From IMG/VR virus record IMGVR_UViG_643348545_000009, positions 1 to 53,655 of that record: 53,655 nt of DNA; one strand, written 5' to 3'. The notes beneath the pieces are model-generated. The model saw nothing but the letters and a program-made list of their open reading frames with translations, did not search any database and was not told the origin of the DNA. Shown one piece after another: positions 39,040 through 47,618 of the stretch (position 1 is its first letter; each line of letters opens with the position of its first letter). The position numbers and the translations under genes are program-made. Source of the DNA: a virus. Lineage: Duplodnaviria > Heunggongvirae > Uroviricota > Caudoviricetes.

Positions 39040-39163
39040 GTATTTAAAAATTTCAACGGGTAACTGATACCCTGCTAATCGCCTGATGCTTTCTTTTTCA
39101 GCAACGGGAAAGCAACAACCACCACACCCACCAGCCGCCCATTTACCACAAATAAAAAAGCCT

Positions 39164-39361
39164 TCAGGACTGAAGGCGTCTGTAACAACCGAACTGATAG
39201 TCTGCCAGCCCCGCCATAACAAGCTGGGTCAGTATTAACTGGCAGCGTTCGCGTGAAAGGTAAGTATTCTGCGCAATCTCCCCGACTGTCGCCGGGTCGG
39301 TGACGCTTAATTCATTAAACACCACTCTGGCGGTTTCGGTCATATCCTGCTGTTTTAGCAT
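39164..39361 (-). CDS. Hypothetical small protein downstream of the late terminator
   Basis: 65 aa from ATG 39361 (MLKQQDMTETARVVFNELSV…); followed by terminator-like hairpin GCCTTCAG-GAC-TGAAGGC with U-run. Confidence 0.35.
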   Translation of the reverse strand: MLKQQDMTETARVVFNELSVTDPATVGEIAQNTYLSRERCQLILTQLVMAGLADYQFGCYRRLQS

Positions 39362-39484
39362 GTCTTTTTCCCTTTTCCGGTTAACGTGACACACCAATAA
39401 CTCTTGTCGAAAAAGCCAGCAAGATGAAAGGTCGCTATTCACGACCACCAGCGCGTTTAACGTCCTGTGCCGTTTTTCGGGCAT

Positions 39485-39506
39485 AAAAAACCCGCCAGTG
39501 GCGGGG
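39485..39506 (-). terminator. Strong intrinsic terminator (tR'-like)
   Basis: Hairpin CCCGCCACTGGCGGG followed by UUUUUU on the minus strand, about 200 nt downstream of a TATAAT hexamer at 39689-39694. Confidence 0.5.
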
Positions 39507-39708
39507 ATCTTTTGATAAAAACGACAAAGGCACCATTAAGGTGCCTTTTACACAGGGCAGCAGGCTTGTCATCACCTTATTGCTACTCCTGGCTTCCAGT
39601 TCGGAAGTCTCACAAGTCCCATCAGGGTACAGCGACAGTATCAGTCAACACTCTATGATTCTGCTGAACAGGCAGTTTCGCACTGTACATTATAACCTGT
39701 TAAGCCAA

Positions 39709-39734
39709 CAAAAAACCCGCTCGGCGGCGGGGTT
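39709..39734 (-). terminator. Intrinsic terminator-like hairpin just downstream of Q
   Basis: Hairpin AACCCCGCCGCCGAGCGGGTT followed by UUUUUU on the minus strand. Confidence 0.4.
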
Positions 39735-39803
39735 TGCTTACTTTGCCATCGCGTACAAAATCGGCAAAATATCAGATTTACACGGAATATATGATCTTCA
39801 GTT

Positions 39804-40487
39804 CTATTTTGCAAGATATGGTTCTAAATTAAGCGACTTTTTCCGTGAACGTACCCGCATTACTGAAATAAGAGCATCCCTGTCCAGCATCTCTGCACTA
39901 CCCCGCATAGCCAACCAGTGAGGCCTGTGTGTTTTTGTCCATGTAGATTTAGCAACTCCTATGAACAGCGCTAACTCCTGATGTTCATAGGTCTCACGCC
40001 CTGCCAGCTCACTCTTCACATCCTGTGCCGCCAGCCAAATCAGTTTCTTCAGACGATCCAGCGTTTTCCCTGCAATTTTTCTGGTACCAGCCTGAGCTTT
40101 AAACTCACCCCATACCCATTGTGTTATAGTGACCTGATCTTCCCAGCAAACATTTCCACTGTAGCACCACAGTAACCACGCCTTCTGATGTTCTTCCAGT
40201 TCCAGAACGGCACGCCGCCACGATGATGTTGCAAACTCAACCGGTCTGACCAGCGCAATTGATGAGCCTTTCGCCAGTGATTGTTTACCCGGGATCGGTG
40301 GATTATCCCGCGTGATCATTTTTCCGGTTACCTCATCGCGATAACGAATTTTTTTGCGTCTGTAACGCCCTGTATCGAACAGGGCATTCTCCTGCCAGGC
40401 TTCCAGCTGGCCTTTTGTCGCCCCACTGAGATCCGCAGTGGCAATCATGAGTTGCTCACGAACAAACTGTAAATACTGGTTATTCAT
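39804..40487 (-). CDS. Q: Late-gene antiterminator Q
   Basis: 227 aa from ATG 40487 (overlaps rusA stop, ATGA); Q-family pattern and position upstream of the late region. Confidence 0.75.
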   Translation of the reverse strand: MNNQYLQFVREQLMIATADLSGATKGQLEAWQENALFDTGRYRRKKIRYRDEVTGKMITRDNPPIPGKQSLAKGSSIALVRPVEFATSSWRRAVLELEEHQKAWLLWCYSGNVCWEDQVTITQWVWGEFKAQAGTRKIAGKTLDRLKKLIWLAAQDVKSELAGRETYEHQELALFIGVAKSTWTKTHRPHWLAMRGSAEMLDRDALISVMRVRSRKKSLNLEPYLAK

Positions 40488-40843
40488 GCGCACTCCAGTT
40501 CTGTGATTTTTATCCCCAGCCGCCCGCCAGGAACAGGCAGGCCACGCACAATATTGATTTCATCAAACTGCTCATCGTCCATTAACAACCCCGCGTGCGT
40601 CAGCGCATCCAGCGGTGCTTTCAGAATATTGTCCAGGTCACGACGACGCTTATCCGGTGGCTCTGCAATAATTTTTATTGCCAGCCGTCCGGACAGGCTT
40701 AATTTCAGTCGCTGCTGGCGAACAATAAGCGACACTGCCCGGCGATAACGCTCCCCGGCTTTTGATACAAAATATGTGCTGCCACGGCGTCGCCAGTAAG
40801 TGTTCACCGTCGGCGGGTAAGGTAAAACCAAATCTATGAGCAT
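40484..40843 (-). CDS. rusA: Holliday junction resolvase RusA
   Basis: 119 aa MLIDLVLPYPPTVNTYWRRRG… with conserved RusA motifs (…DLDNILKAPLDAL…). Confidence 0.9.
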   Translation of the reverse strand: MLIDLVLPYPPTVNTYWRRRGSTYFVSKAGERYRRAVSLIVRQQRLKLSLSGRLAIKIIAEPPDKRRRDLDNILKAPLDALTHAGLLMDDEQFDEINIVRGLPVPGGRLGIKITELECA

Positions 40844-40855
40844 CAGTCACCTCTT

Positions 40856-41905
40856 TTACCCAAGCACGCCAGTTGCAAAGGCGTGATCAAGAAAACGAAA
40901 AATTAAATCAACCTGAGAACCATGCTTTTCTTCGAACGCCAGCGGATCCGCATGAAGCTCGTTGTGATGCTCCCGACACAGCGGTAGCGTGAAAATATCG
41001 TGAGATTTTGTCCCCATTCCGCCCTGACCATGACCAATCAGGTGATGGGGATCGTCGGCTGGCTTACCACAACACGCACACGGCTGTGTCTTCACCCAGC
41101 GTTTGTATTTCTCGTTAACCCAGCGGCGACGTTTAGGTCGTTTCATGAAAGATTCCGGAGACTCAGGATCAACGGCAATGCTGACCACCGTCTTTTCCTG
41201 TGGTGAGTTCTGTTGCTGGTGGGCGTGAGGCAGCGGCGCAAGATTTTTTGTGCGCTGTTTCAGGATGCTGGTGGCGGTCTGCTCTCCCGGCACGATGTCG
41301 CTCTCGCGGTATACTGAGCGAATTTTTTCCGCACGTAACCCCAGAGAACGACGTAATGCTGCCTCTGGTAGCGCGTCCGCCACCTGATTGCAGACCGCCC
41401 ACCAGGATAATTCAGCCAGCGATAATTCCCGCTCCTGCGTGCCATTCATTGCATGGCGTATGACGTCAATCATCCATGCTGACAAGTTTTGATGAGCAAG
41501 TTGCTCGAGTGATTCGGATGTCTGGTCACGCAGCTGGTTGTCGCAGTGCCAGCACAACACCATTGCGCCGGTACCATAACGGTGAATAACGGTTTCGCTG
41601 TGATGATAATCGCCGTGTGGCCACTGGCAGGATTTAATATGGCGCAACAGCCAGTCAGACAATGCACCAGCACCACCAGCAGCACGAATTACCCGTGCGT
41701 TACTGAAAAACGGCAGCAATGTTTTGTCTTCCACCAGCGGCTGGCGAACGGCAGGAACGACCCCGGACGGCAGATTACGCATGCTTTTCGGTTCCGGCTC
41801 CACCAGTACCCGGGTATTGTGGAATATAGGCATGGATTCACGGCCTGGCTTAAGGACCACCAGCCCGAGTTCCGGAACCAGAACAGGTCGAAGTAATACC
41901 CGCAC
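40856..41905 (-). CDS. DUF968 family protein (YdfU-like)
   Basis: 349 aa; C-terminal Cys/His cluster …KTQPCACCGKPADDPHHLIGHGQGGMGTKSHD…LPLCREHHNELH… typical of YdfU/DUF968 as recalled. Confidence 0.75.
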   Translation of the reverse strand: MRVLLRPVLVPELGLVVLKPGRESMPIFHNTRVLVEPEPKSMRNLPSGVVPAVRQPLVEDKTLLPFFSNARVIRAAGGAGALSDWLLRHIKSCQWPHGDYHHSETVIHRYGTGAMVLCWHCDNQLRDQTSESLEQLAHQNLSAWMIDVIRHAMNGTQERELSLAELSWWAVCNQVADALPEAALRRSLGLRAEKIRSVYRESDIVPGEQTATSILKQRTKNLAPLPHAHQQQNSPQEKTVVSIAVDPESPESFMKRPKRRRWVNEKYKRWVKTQPCACCGKPADDPHHLIGHGQGGMGTKSHDIFTLPLCREHHNELHADPLAFEEKHGSQVDLIFRFLDHAFATGVLG

Positions 41906-41906
41906 G

Positions 41907-42185
41907 TTACCTCCAGATGCGTTGCTGGAATGTGCGGGACGGACGCGGTGGGCGTTCAGAGTAAGGAAGCCTGACGGAGATTATCCAGTGACGATAATCG
42001 AGGCTGAGGGTTTTCCTAAACTCATACCCACGTCTGCGGTAGTTCTGAATCAGCCATTCGGCCTGTTCTTCAGTGCATGGGGCGTGCTGTAACCAGTCAG
42101 ATTTGAATGCATGAGAACGCCGCCCGTGCCTGCTGGCAAAGACGGCTGAATTATCAGAATTGTATAATTTGGTATCGTGCGCCAT
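41907..42185 (-). CDS. Hypothetical protein
   Basis: 92 aa from internal ATG 42185 (MAHDTKLYNSDNSAVF…); the longer ORF would need a TTG start. Confidence 0.4.
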   Translation of the reverse strand: MAHDTKLYNSDNSAVFASRHGRRSHAFKSDWLQHAPCTEEQAEWLIQNYRRRGYEFRKTLSLDYRHWIISVRLPYSERPPRPSRTFQQRIWR

Positions 42186-42352
42186 CGGTTGTCTCTGCTG
42201 GCGCAGCAGGTGCCAGTTGTTCAGGCTGGCGTGCGAATTGTAAACCAGAATGCCAGGAAAAAACAAAACCCGCCGAAGCGGGTTAAGTGCGGGTGCGTTG
42301 AGGATGCCTGACTCATCAGAGGTGGCGAGGGATTTCTCCCTCGCCAGGTCTC

Positions 42353-42508
42353 TTACTCCTCAGGTTCGTAAGCTGTGAAGACAGCGACCTCCGTCTGGCC
42401 GGTTCGGATTCGTACCTCGCAGAGGTCTTTCCTCGTTACCAGTGCCGTCACAATGACGGTAATACAGATGACGATCAGGGCGACTAACATCGCCTTTTGC
42501 TGCTTCAT
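42353..42508 (-). CDS. hok: Hok/Gef family type I toxin (HokD/RelF-like)
   Basis: 51 aa MKQQKAMLVALIVICITVIVTALVTRKDLCEVRIRTGQTEVAVFTAYEPEE, near-identical to recalled HokD. Confidence 0.9.
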   Translation of the reverse strand: MKQQKAMLVALIVICITVIVTALVTRKDLCEVRIRTGQTEVAVFTAYEPEE

Positions 42509-42744
42509 AGCCTGCTTCTCCTTGCCTTTCGGCGTGTAAGAGGCTAACCTACATGTGACTAGCATGAAATTGGCCTCAGATTAATGTTAAGCGTCCTGCA
42601 AGACGCATAATGTTAACTGGGGCTTTTCTCTATCTGCCGTTGGTGTTCATGCCCGAGGCAGATAGCCTCAAGCACCCGCAGCAATTCTACTTAACTCACG
42701 TCACCTCGCCAATATGAAATCAATCAGAAAGGTGATCCATAAAA

Positions 42745-43431
42745 TCACTCCTTCTCTTCTTTTCCGTAGTGGAGTTGGCCAATTTTGATAAGAGGGCGTC
42801 CCTGAGATTTGCGGTGTAGATTGGTATCGCGCAGAGAATACACACAGCCACAATATTCCTGCTGATAGAATTTTTCGCGCTTGCTGATTTCAATCATACG
42901 GGACGAGCCGCCCTGCTTGCGCCAGTTATAATCCCAGTACACCATACCCGGATAATGCGCAACAGCTCGCCGCCCACACTCGTTAACCTGCTGCATATTT
43001 TTCCAGCGTGAAATGCCCAGTGAACTGCTGATCACACTGAAACCATTTTCAGCAGCGTACAACGCTGTCCGCTCAAAACGCATGTCAAAACACATGGTAC
43101 AACGGATCCCCCTCTCAGGCTCCCATTCCATTCCTTTGGCACGTTCAAACCAGTTGTCGGTGTCGTAATCAGCATCGATAAACGGCACGCCGTGTTGTTC
43201 AGCAAAGCGAATATTTTCATCCTTACGAATTAAATACTCTTTCTGAGGATGAATGTTCGGGTTGTAGAAAAAGATGGTGTAGTCGATTCCCGAGGCCTGA
43301 AGCGCCTCCATCACTTCACCGGAACATGGAGCACAGCAAGAGTGCAGTAGTAGTTTGTTTGCCCCGTTTGGGAGTTCCAATTTAGGCCGTTTGAAATCAG
43401 CAATAGTCATAAATATTTTTATTGGGGTCAT
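42745..43431 (-). CDS. DUF208 / epoxyqueuosine reductase QueH-like protein
   Basis: 228 aa; N-terminal …[15 protein letters not shown]… and downstream Cys pairs (CTMC, YCGCVY) match my recollection of the DUF208/QueH signature. Confidence 0.6.
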   Translation of the reverse strand: MTPIKIFMTIADFKRPKLELPNGANKLLLHSCCAPCSGEVMEALQASGIDYTIFFYNPNIHPQKEYLIRKDENIRFAEQHGVPFIDADYDTDNWFERAKGMEWEPERGIRCTMCFDMRFERTALYAAENGFSVISSSLGISRWKNMQQVNECGRRAVAHYPGMVYWDYNWRKQGGSSRMIEISKREKFYQQEYCGCVYSLRDTNLHRKSQGRPLIKIGQLHYGKEEKE

Positions 43432-43584
43432 GAAAATAGCACAGAGTGTAGCATCAGAGCAGGGCTATCGGGAATATATGTCTAAATCTGGTAATATCTG
43501 GTTTTGACGCAAAGCGGACAACCACGCTGGCTCTACCCTGCGCCATGAAAATGTCAATTCACATCTGAACTAATGCTCTTTAAT

Positions 43585-43980
43585 CTAGTAACGTCTAAAA
43601 TACCTAACATTTCCTTGATAAAATGCCAGTACACGCTGCATAACTTCGCTCTGGCGGCACTCACGACAAATTATGTTCTGCCGTCTGTTGTAACGACGTA
43701 TTTCTCCGTCAGGTAACTTTCGAATCAGTGTCGGGTCAGCAGCCTTCTCCGGTGTCTTACGCCATACGCGATACGCCTGCTCTGATGGAAATACCCCGCA
43801 ATCAGAGAGCCAGACATCACCACTGGCCGCAAGCGCACCAGATAAACGACGAATAGCGGTCTTACTGACACCCGTTTTATCTGCCAGTTGTCGAAAAGTT
43901 TCTCGTCCGCTCAGGCGCACGAATTCCACAATGCGCGCCTTCACTTCTTCCCGCTCTTCTGGTGTAAATACTTTTGCCAT
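43585..43980 (-). CDS. Hypothetical HTH DNA-binding protein
   Basis: 131 aa from ATG 43980 (GGAGG upstream); HTH-like segment LADKTGVSKTAIRRLS. Confidence 0.45.
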   Translation of the reverse strand: MAKVFTPEEREEVKARIVEFVRLSGRETFRQLADKTGVSKTAIRRLSGALAASGDVWLSDCGVFPSEQAYRVWRKTPEKAADPTLIRKLPDGEIRRYNRRQNIICRECRQSEVMQRVLAFYQGNVRYFRRY

Positions 43981-43995
43981 AAGCGCCTCCGGCAA

Positions 43996-44721
43996 TCACT
44001 TTTCCGACACAATACGACCGGATGAATCGACAATCTGTCGAACAATATCCCGGTGCTTGTTCAGCTCCCGCAGCGCGGCGCAGACTCGCTCCCACTTCTG
44101 AACCTGACCTTTTGCCCGGCGCAGCTCGCGGTTAGCCACATGCAGCGATGGTAAAATCAGACCATCCGGATGTTTTCTGGTGAACGACGGCTGTGACTGC
44201 ACTGTGACCGCCACACTTTCCGTTTTTATTTCTTCCTGTGTTTCTGCTTCCCGGACAGGTAACGCAACACCTGCTGGCTGAGGAAAGGCTTTACCATCGG
44301 TTTCCGCTACGGATGCAGCTTCCGGCTCTGCCGGTAAATCAGCGCCCGGTATGCAGTAACGAAATTTACCGCCCTGATTCACGCGAATCAGACGCCCTTT
44401 GCTGATTGCCATGGCCAGCGATGAATTCGCCCGGCGGGAGGTAATCCCGAACATCAGTGCCAGCTCATCCGCCGTTTGTGGGCCATGTTGTTCAATCGCC
44501 TCAGTCAGCATTTGCGCTGTCACTTTCGGTACCGGTGACACCGGTTCACTTTCACCAGCCTGAATCAGCCGCCACATCGAACCCTTGTTATCCGCTTCAC
44601 CGCGGCGCTTCAGTTTCCACAGTTCGTTGACCGCATCTTCACGGCTGATTCCAAGGCGGGCCGCCACTACCTGTGAAGAGGCTCTTTTCAGTGCTTTCAG
44701 TGCGTCAAATACGGTTTCCAT
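43996..44721 (-). CDS. Hypothetical winged-helix-like phage protein (DUF1627-like?)
   Basis: 241 aa from ATG 44721 (GGAGGA upstream); N-terminal …[35 protein letters not shown]…. Confidence 0.45.
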   Translation of the reverse strand: METVFDALKALKRASSQVVAARLGISREDAVNELWKLKRRGEADNKGSMWRLIQAGESEPVSPVPKVTAQMLTEAIEQHGPQTADELALMFGITSRRANSSLAMAISKGRLIRVNQGGKFRYCIPGADLPAEPEAASVAETDGKAFPQPAGVALPVREAETQEEIKTESVAVTVQSQPSFTRKHPDGLILPSLHVANRELRRAKGQVQKWERVCAALRELNKHRDIVRQIVDSSGRIVSEK

Positions 44722-44754
44722 TAAAATTTCCTCCGACAAAATCGTTTCTCAGAT

Positions 44755-45420
44755 TCAAATAAAACCAGCTGCCTTCCGGCGTTCGTATTCCTGTTTCAGC
44801 CGTTCAATTGGCGTTGGCCCTTGCGGGTGTTTCGCCCCTTCCAGTTGTCGTCGCACTGGCGGAACACTCATCCCGTTACCAACATGCTTTGCCCATTTCG
44901 TCAGTTGCCGTTCCGCAAGTCGTTTTAACTCACCCTGCGTCATCTGGCGCTCAATCCCTCTGGTACGCATTTCGAGGCAGATGTGGTACAGCACAGGCTG
45001 TGGCCACGGGTATTTATCACTCCCGTCGTATCGCCAGGATTCATTGCGCCAGCGCCGGTACTCTTCCATCACTGCATCCACCGTAAGACCAAATGGATTT
45101 GCCCCACTCTCCGAAATCAGTGCAACAAACTCAGCCAGGTCCGGGGGCCACGTTTCACCCGCCCGGCAGCGGTCCATGCACTGACGGCAGACCAGCCGGA
45201 TTTGCTGTTCAGTCATCGCGCCAATCTGGGCAATCCAGAGCTTCGAAGGTGCGGCCCCGTTCTTCTGGGTCCAGCGGTTCGAATACACCTCCCCCATAAG
45301 CTCCCACAGCTTCCAGGCCGTTTCCGTCGCTGATAAATCCGTTTTCACGTTCCCACTGCTCACGTGCTGCCCGAATTTCCTGAACTGCCCGTGATGCGGT
45401 GCCACCTGGTGCTGCTGCAT
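44755..45420 (-). CDS. P: Replication protein P-like (helicase loader)
   Basis: C-terminal …SDKYPWPQPVLYHICLEMRTRGIERQMTQGELKRLAERQL… resembles lambda P (…ESYPWKSNAHYWLVTNLYQNMRANALTDAELRRKAADEL…); start uncertain (45420, 45297 or 45216). Confidence 0.65.
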   Translation of the reverse strand: MQQHQVAPHHGQFRKFGQHVSSGNVKTDLSATETAWKLWELMGEVYSNRWTQKNGAAPSKLWIAQIGAMTEQQIRLVCRQCMDRCRAGETWPPDLAEFVALISESGANPFGLTVDAVMEEYRRWRNESWRYDGSDKYPWPQPVLYHICLEMRTRGIERQMTQGELKRLAERQLTKWAKHVGNGMSVPPVRRQLEGAKHPQGPTPIERLKQEYERRKAAGFI

Positions 45421-46255
45421 GGTTTACCCCCTTGCTGACTGGTTTTACCTGTGCCCTGACGTGCTGCACGTGGCGGGCAAATTTCTGCTCCCACTGAACC
45501 TGCGTGAAAACCTTCCCCTCCGCCATCCAGTAATCCCGGAATGCGGCAAGCTCTGCAGGTGTAAATTCCGGCTCAGGCAGAGCCATACCCCACACTGCTG
45601 CCCGTTGTCGAAAATCCGACGACGGCTGCCAGACAGTAGTCATCGAAAATTTCCCGATCGGTTCGCTCAGGCCGTCCAGGTATTCAGGTTCGGCTGTCTG
45701 CAACGGCGCACCATGCGACTCACCGGTTGGAGCACTCTCGCGCATGCGCGCGTTATGTGTGGGGTTTAATTCTGTATCTGTATCTTTATCTGTCGTGACT
45801 TGTCGTGACGGATGCGTGACACGTCGTGACTCATCGTGACAATCAGCATCATATTTCCGCAGCTTTTCGCGCTCCCGCTGCGCTCTCTTGCGCTCTGCCG
45901 GGGATTTTGCCGTTTGCGAAACGTTACCATTGTCCTCTTTCAGCACCTGACGTTTTTCCCATCCGGAAATAAGGTCACCATCCAGAACCCGCCCCTGCAT
46001 TGCATGCAAAATTGAATCAATTACGTCTTCCGCCACATCAAGCGCACTTGCTAAATCTTCCGTCGTGACATCAATGTGACCACGTAGTGACACGCCGTGA
46101 CATGTCGTGACATTTCGTGACGCACTCACCAGAAGGTGGATATACACCGCCATCACTGTTGCGATTGGCTGTCCTGAGACCCTGGCAATGGTTCGCCATT
46201 TGGGATCATTTGGCATGTCATGCCACAATCTGAGCCAGGCATTAGCCATACTCAC
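45209..46255 (-). CDS. O: Replication initiator / replisome organiser (O-like) containing the origin iterons
   Basis: 348-aa ORF upstream of P; two iteron clusters lie inside the coding sequence. Confidence 0.7.
   Translation of the reverse strand: MSMANAWLRLWHDMPNDPKWRTIARVSGQPIATVMAVYIHLLVSASRNVTTCHGVSLRGHIDVTTEDLASALDVAEDVIDSILHAMQGRVLDGDLISGWEKRQVLKEDNGNVSQTAKSPAERKRAQREREKLRKYDADCHDESRRVTHPSRQVTTDKDTDTELNPTHNARMRESAPTGESHGAPLQTAEPEYLDGLSEPIGKFSMTTVWQPSSDFRQRAAVWGMALPEPEFTPAELAAFRDYWMAEGKVFTQVQWEQKFARHVQHVRAQVKPVSKGVNHAAAPGGTASRAVQEIRAAREQWERENGFISDGNGLEAVGAYGGGVFEPLDPEERGRTFEALDCPDWRDD
45786..45840. repeat. Origin iteron cluster 1 (five (T)CGTGAC repeats, ~10-11 bp spacing)
   Basis: TGTCGTGAC TTGTCGTGAC GGATGCGTGAC ACGTCGTGAC TCATCGTGAC. 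Confidence 0.7.
46061..46122. repeat. Origin iteron cluster 2 (six GTGAC repeats, ~10 bp spacing)
   Basis: CGTCGTGACA TCAATGTGAC CACGTAGTGAC ACGCCGTGAC ATGTCGTGAC ATTTCGTGAC. Confidence 0.7.
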
Positions 46256-46317
46256 CTCATCTGATACCGAACTTTACCCTCGAACATCCGGAAGAAATCC
46301 GGCATGAATATTGTTGG

Positions 46318-46743
46318 TCAATGCACGACAACAGCATTACCAGGCTGACCACCACTGTTAGTCAGGGTGCCCCAGGCGATCGCCGCTGCGACAAAATCAT
46401 CCACATCTTTCACCAGCCGATCCCTCCGTTCGACGATCTCACGGTAATATTCAGAGCTGTGACTGCGCATACGGGCCACCAGCAGAGGCGGCATTGCCTT
46501 TTCGATCGCCGGTAACAGAGCCTGAATTTTTTCAACAGCATCAGGGGTGTCTTTATCCAGCCAGCGGAAAATTTTCTGGGTATTACGGGCCAGGGCTTCC
46601 GGATGGCTGTCGTCGTACAGTTCCGGGAACGTCATTCCCAGCTCGAAATACGCTTTGGTAATTTTCGCAGCCGGTACTTTTTCGCCGTCCGGATGCGCCC
46701 AGACATTCATCGCCATGCGGATGTGTTCATGCTTGATTTTCAT
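46318..46743 (-). CDS. YdaT-like protein (cII-position gene of Rac-type early operon)
   Basis: 141 aa beginning MKIKHEHI…, as I recall for YdaT-family proteins; AGGAG upstream. Confidence 0.55.
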   Translation of the reverse strand: MKIKHEHIRMAMNVWAHPDGEKVPAAKITKAYFELGMTFPELYDDSHPEALARNTQKIFRWLDKDTPDAVEKIQALLPAIEKAMPPLLVARMRSHSSEYYREIVERRDRLVKDVDDFVAAAIAWGTLTNSGGQPGNAVVVH

Positions 46744-47008
46744 GAATCAAGCTCCTAGAAAGTGGTTGTGTTAACGTTTTGGTATCTTCCAGCTCGGGCC
46801 AAATATTCATCCAATCAAAAGGCCTTAGTTGCTGACGTGTAACTTCACCATTACTGGCTCGCTCAATAAGGACACATAACGATGCCCCTAACACTTGACC
46901 TTTACTCAATGCTTTTCTTAGATAACCGATGCTGGTACCACACTCGCATGCAAACATACGCTGTTCATCTGACGAAAGAGAATTGAGAAATATTCTTAAT
47001 TCTTCCAT
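46727..47008 (-). CDS. Cro-like repressor (YdaS/DicC-position HTH protein)
   Basis: 93 aa; …GYLRKALSKGQVLGASLCVLIERASNGEVTRQQLRPFDWMNIWPELE… YdaS-type pattern; AAGGAG upstream of ATG 47008; divergent from repressor. Confidence 0.7.
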   Translation of the reverse strand: MEELRIFLNSLSSDEQRMFACECGTSIGYLRKALSKGQVLGASLCVLIERASNGEVTRQQLRPFDWMNIWPELEDTKTLTQPLSRSLIHENQA

Positions 47009-47112
47009 AGCTACTCCTTAGTAAACACAGCAAAGAATACCCACAGGTAAACAAAAGTCAATACCCACAGGTTGTTTACCTTGCGGTAATTGCATCTATT
47101 ATTTACCTATGG
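47009..47112. promoter_or_regulatory. Divergent immunity promoter/operator region
   Basis: TACCCACAGGTA at 47038-47049, TACCCACAGGTT at 47062-47073, and the inverted form TACCTATGG at 47104-47112 overlapping the repressor ATG. Confidence 0.5.
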
Positions 47113-47528
47113 ACAAATATGAATTTAGACGACAGCAACTCATCAAAATTCGTGATGAGAAATGCGATGGTAAAGCGGTTAACGTGGCCAGAAAGATCGG
47201 GCGCGAGCCTTCTTATGTATCAAGAATGTTGTACCCAGAGGGGAAAAAGGGAAAAAAACGGATCGCTGATGATATGGTGGAGATTATCGAAGAGTCCTTT
47301 GGGTTACCCCGGGGATGGATGGATGGTATCGTTTCATCATCAACGAACACAGCCTCCAGTTATGAAACAAGGGTTCTAACGCCACGACAACGTATTTTTT
47401 TAGATCTCTTAGACGAACTGCCAGAAAGTGAAGCGGATAAATTATTAAAAACTCTTGAAGAGAAAAAACAGTATTACAATATGATCTACGAAGAAATCCG
47501 TAAAAAGAAAGCACAAAACGCATCATAG
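47109..47528 (+). CDS. Prophage repressor, DicA/RacR-like HTH (no S24 peptidase domain)
   Basis: 139 aa; HTH KAVNVARKIGREPSYVSRML; C-terminal …LTPRQRIFLDLLDELPESEADKLL… resembles DicA (…LSPKELELLELFNALPESEQD…). Confidence 0.8.
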   Translation: MDKYEFRRQQLIKIRDEKCDGKAVNVARKIGREPSYVSRMLYPEGKKGKKRIADDMVEIIEESFGLPRGWMDGIVSSSTNTASSYETRVLTPRQRIFLDLLDELPESEADKLLKTLEEKKQYYNMIYEEIRKKKAQNAS

Positions 47529-47571
47529 CTCACCAAACAACTAGTCACCAGTTAAGACACCGCAAAAATTT

Positions 47572-47618
47572 ACCCATAGGTATTTACTTTTTAAATACCT
47601 ATGGGTATCCTTCTTTTC
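47572..47618 (+). terminator. Intrinsic terminator after repressor gene; stem carries operator-like motif
   Basis: Perfect 15-bp inverted repeat ACCCATAGGTATTTA / TAAATACCTATGGGT with 5-nt loop, followed by T-rich tract. Confidence 0.55.

Noticed and set aside
38635-39222. 195-aa minus-strand ORF spanning the region between repeat copies
   Set aside because: Runs across conserved hairpin elements and terminators, Cys/Gly-rich with no start context; most likely a non-coding readthrough frame.
38109-39803. tRNA genes and Shiga toxin genes, expected between Q and the esterase/lysis genes in Stx-type phages
   Set aside because: No tRNA-like T-loop (GTTCRANYC) or acceptor-stem architecture and no stxA/stxB-like ORFs seen by eye; region instead holds two copies of a hairpin-rich element and one small ORF. 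A tRNAscan-type search would be decisive.
44755-45420. Possible DnaC-type helicase loader assignment for the gene downstream of O
   Set aside because: No Walker A (GxxGxGKT) motif; sequence pattern instead resembles lambda P, so called P-like.
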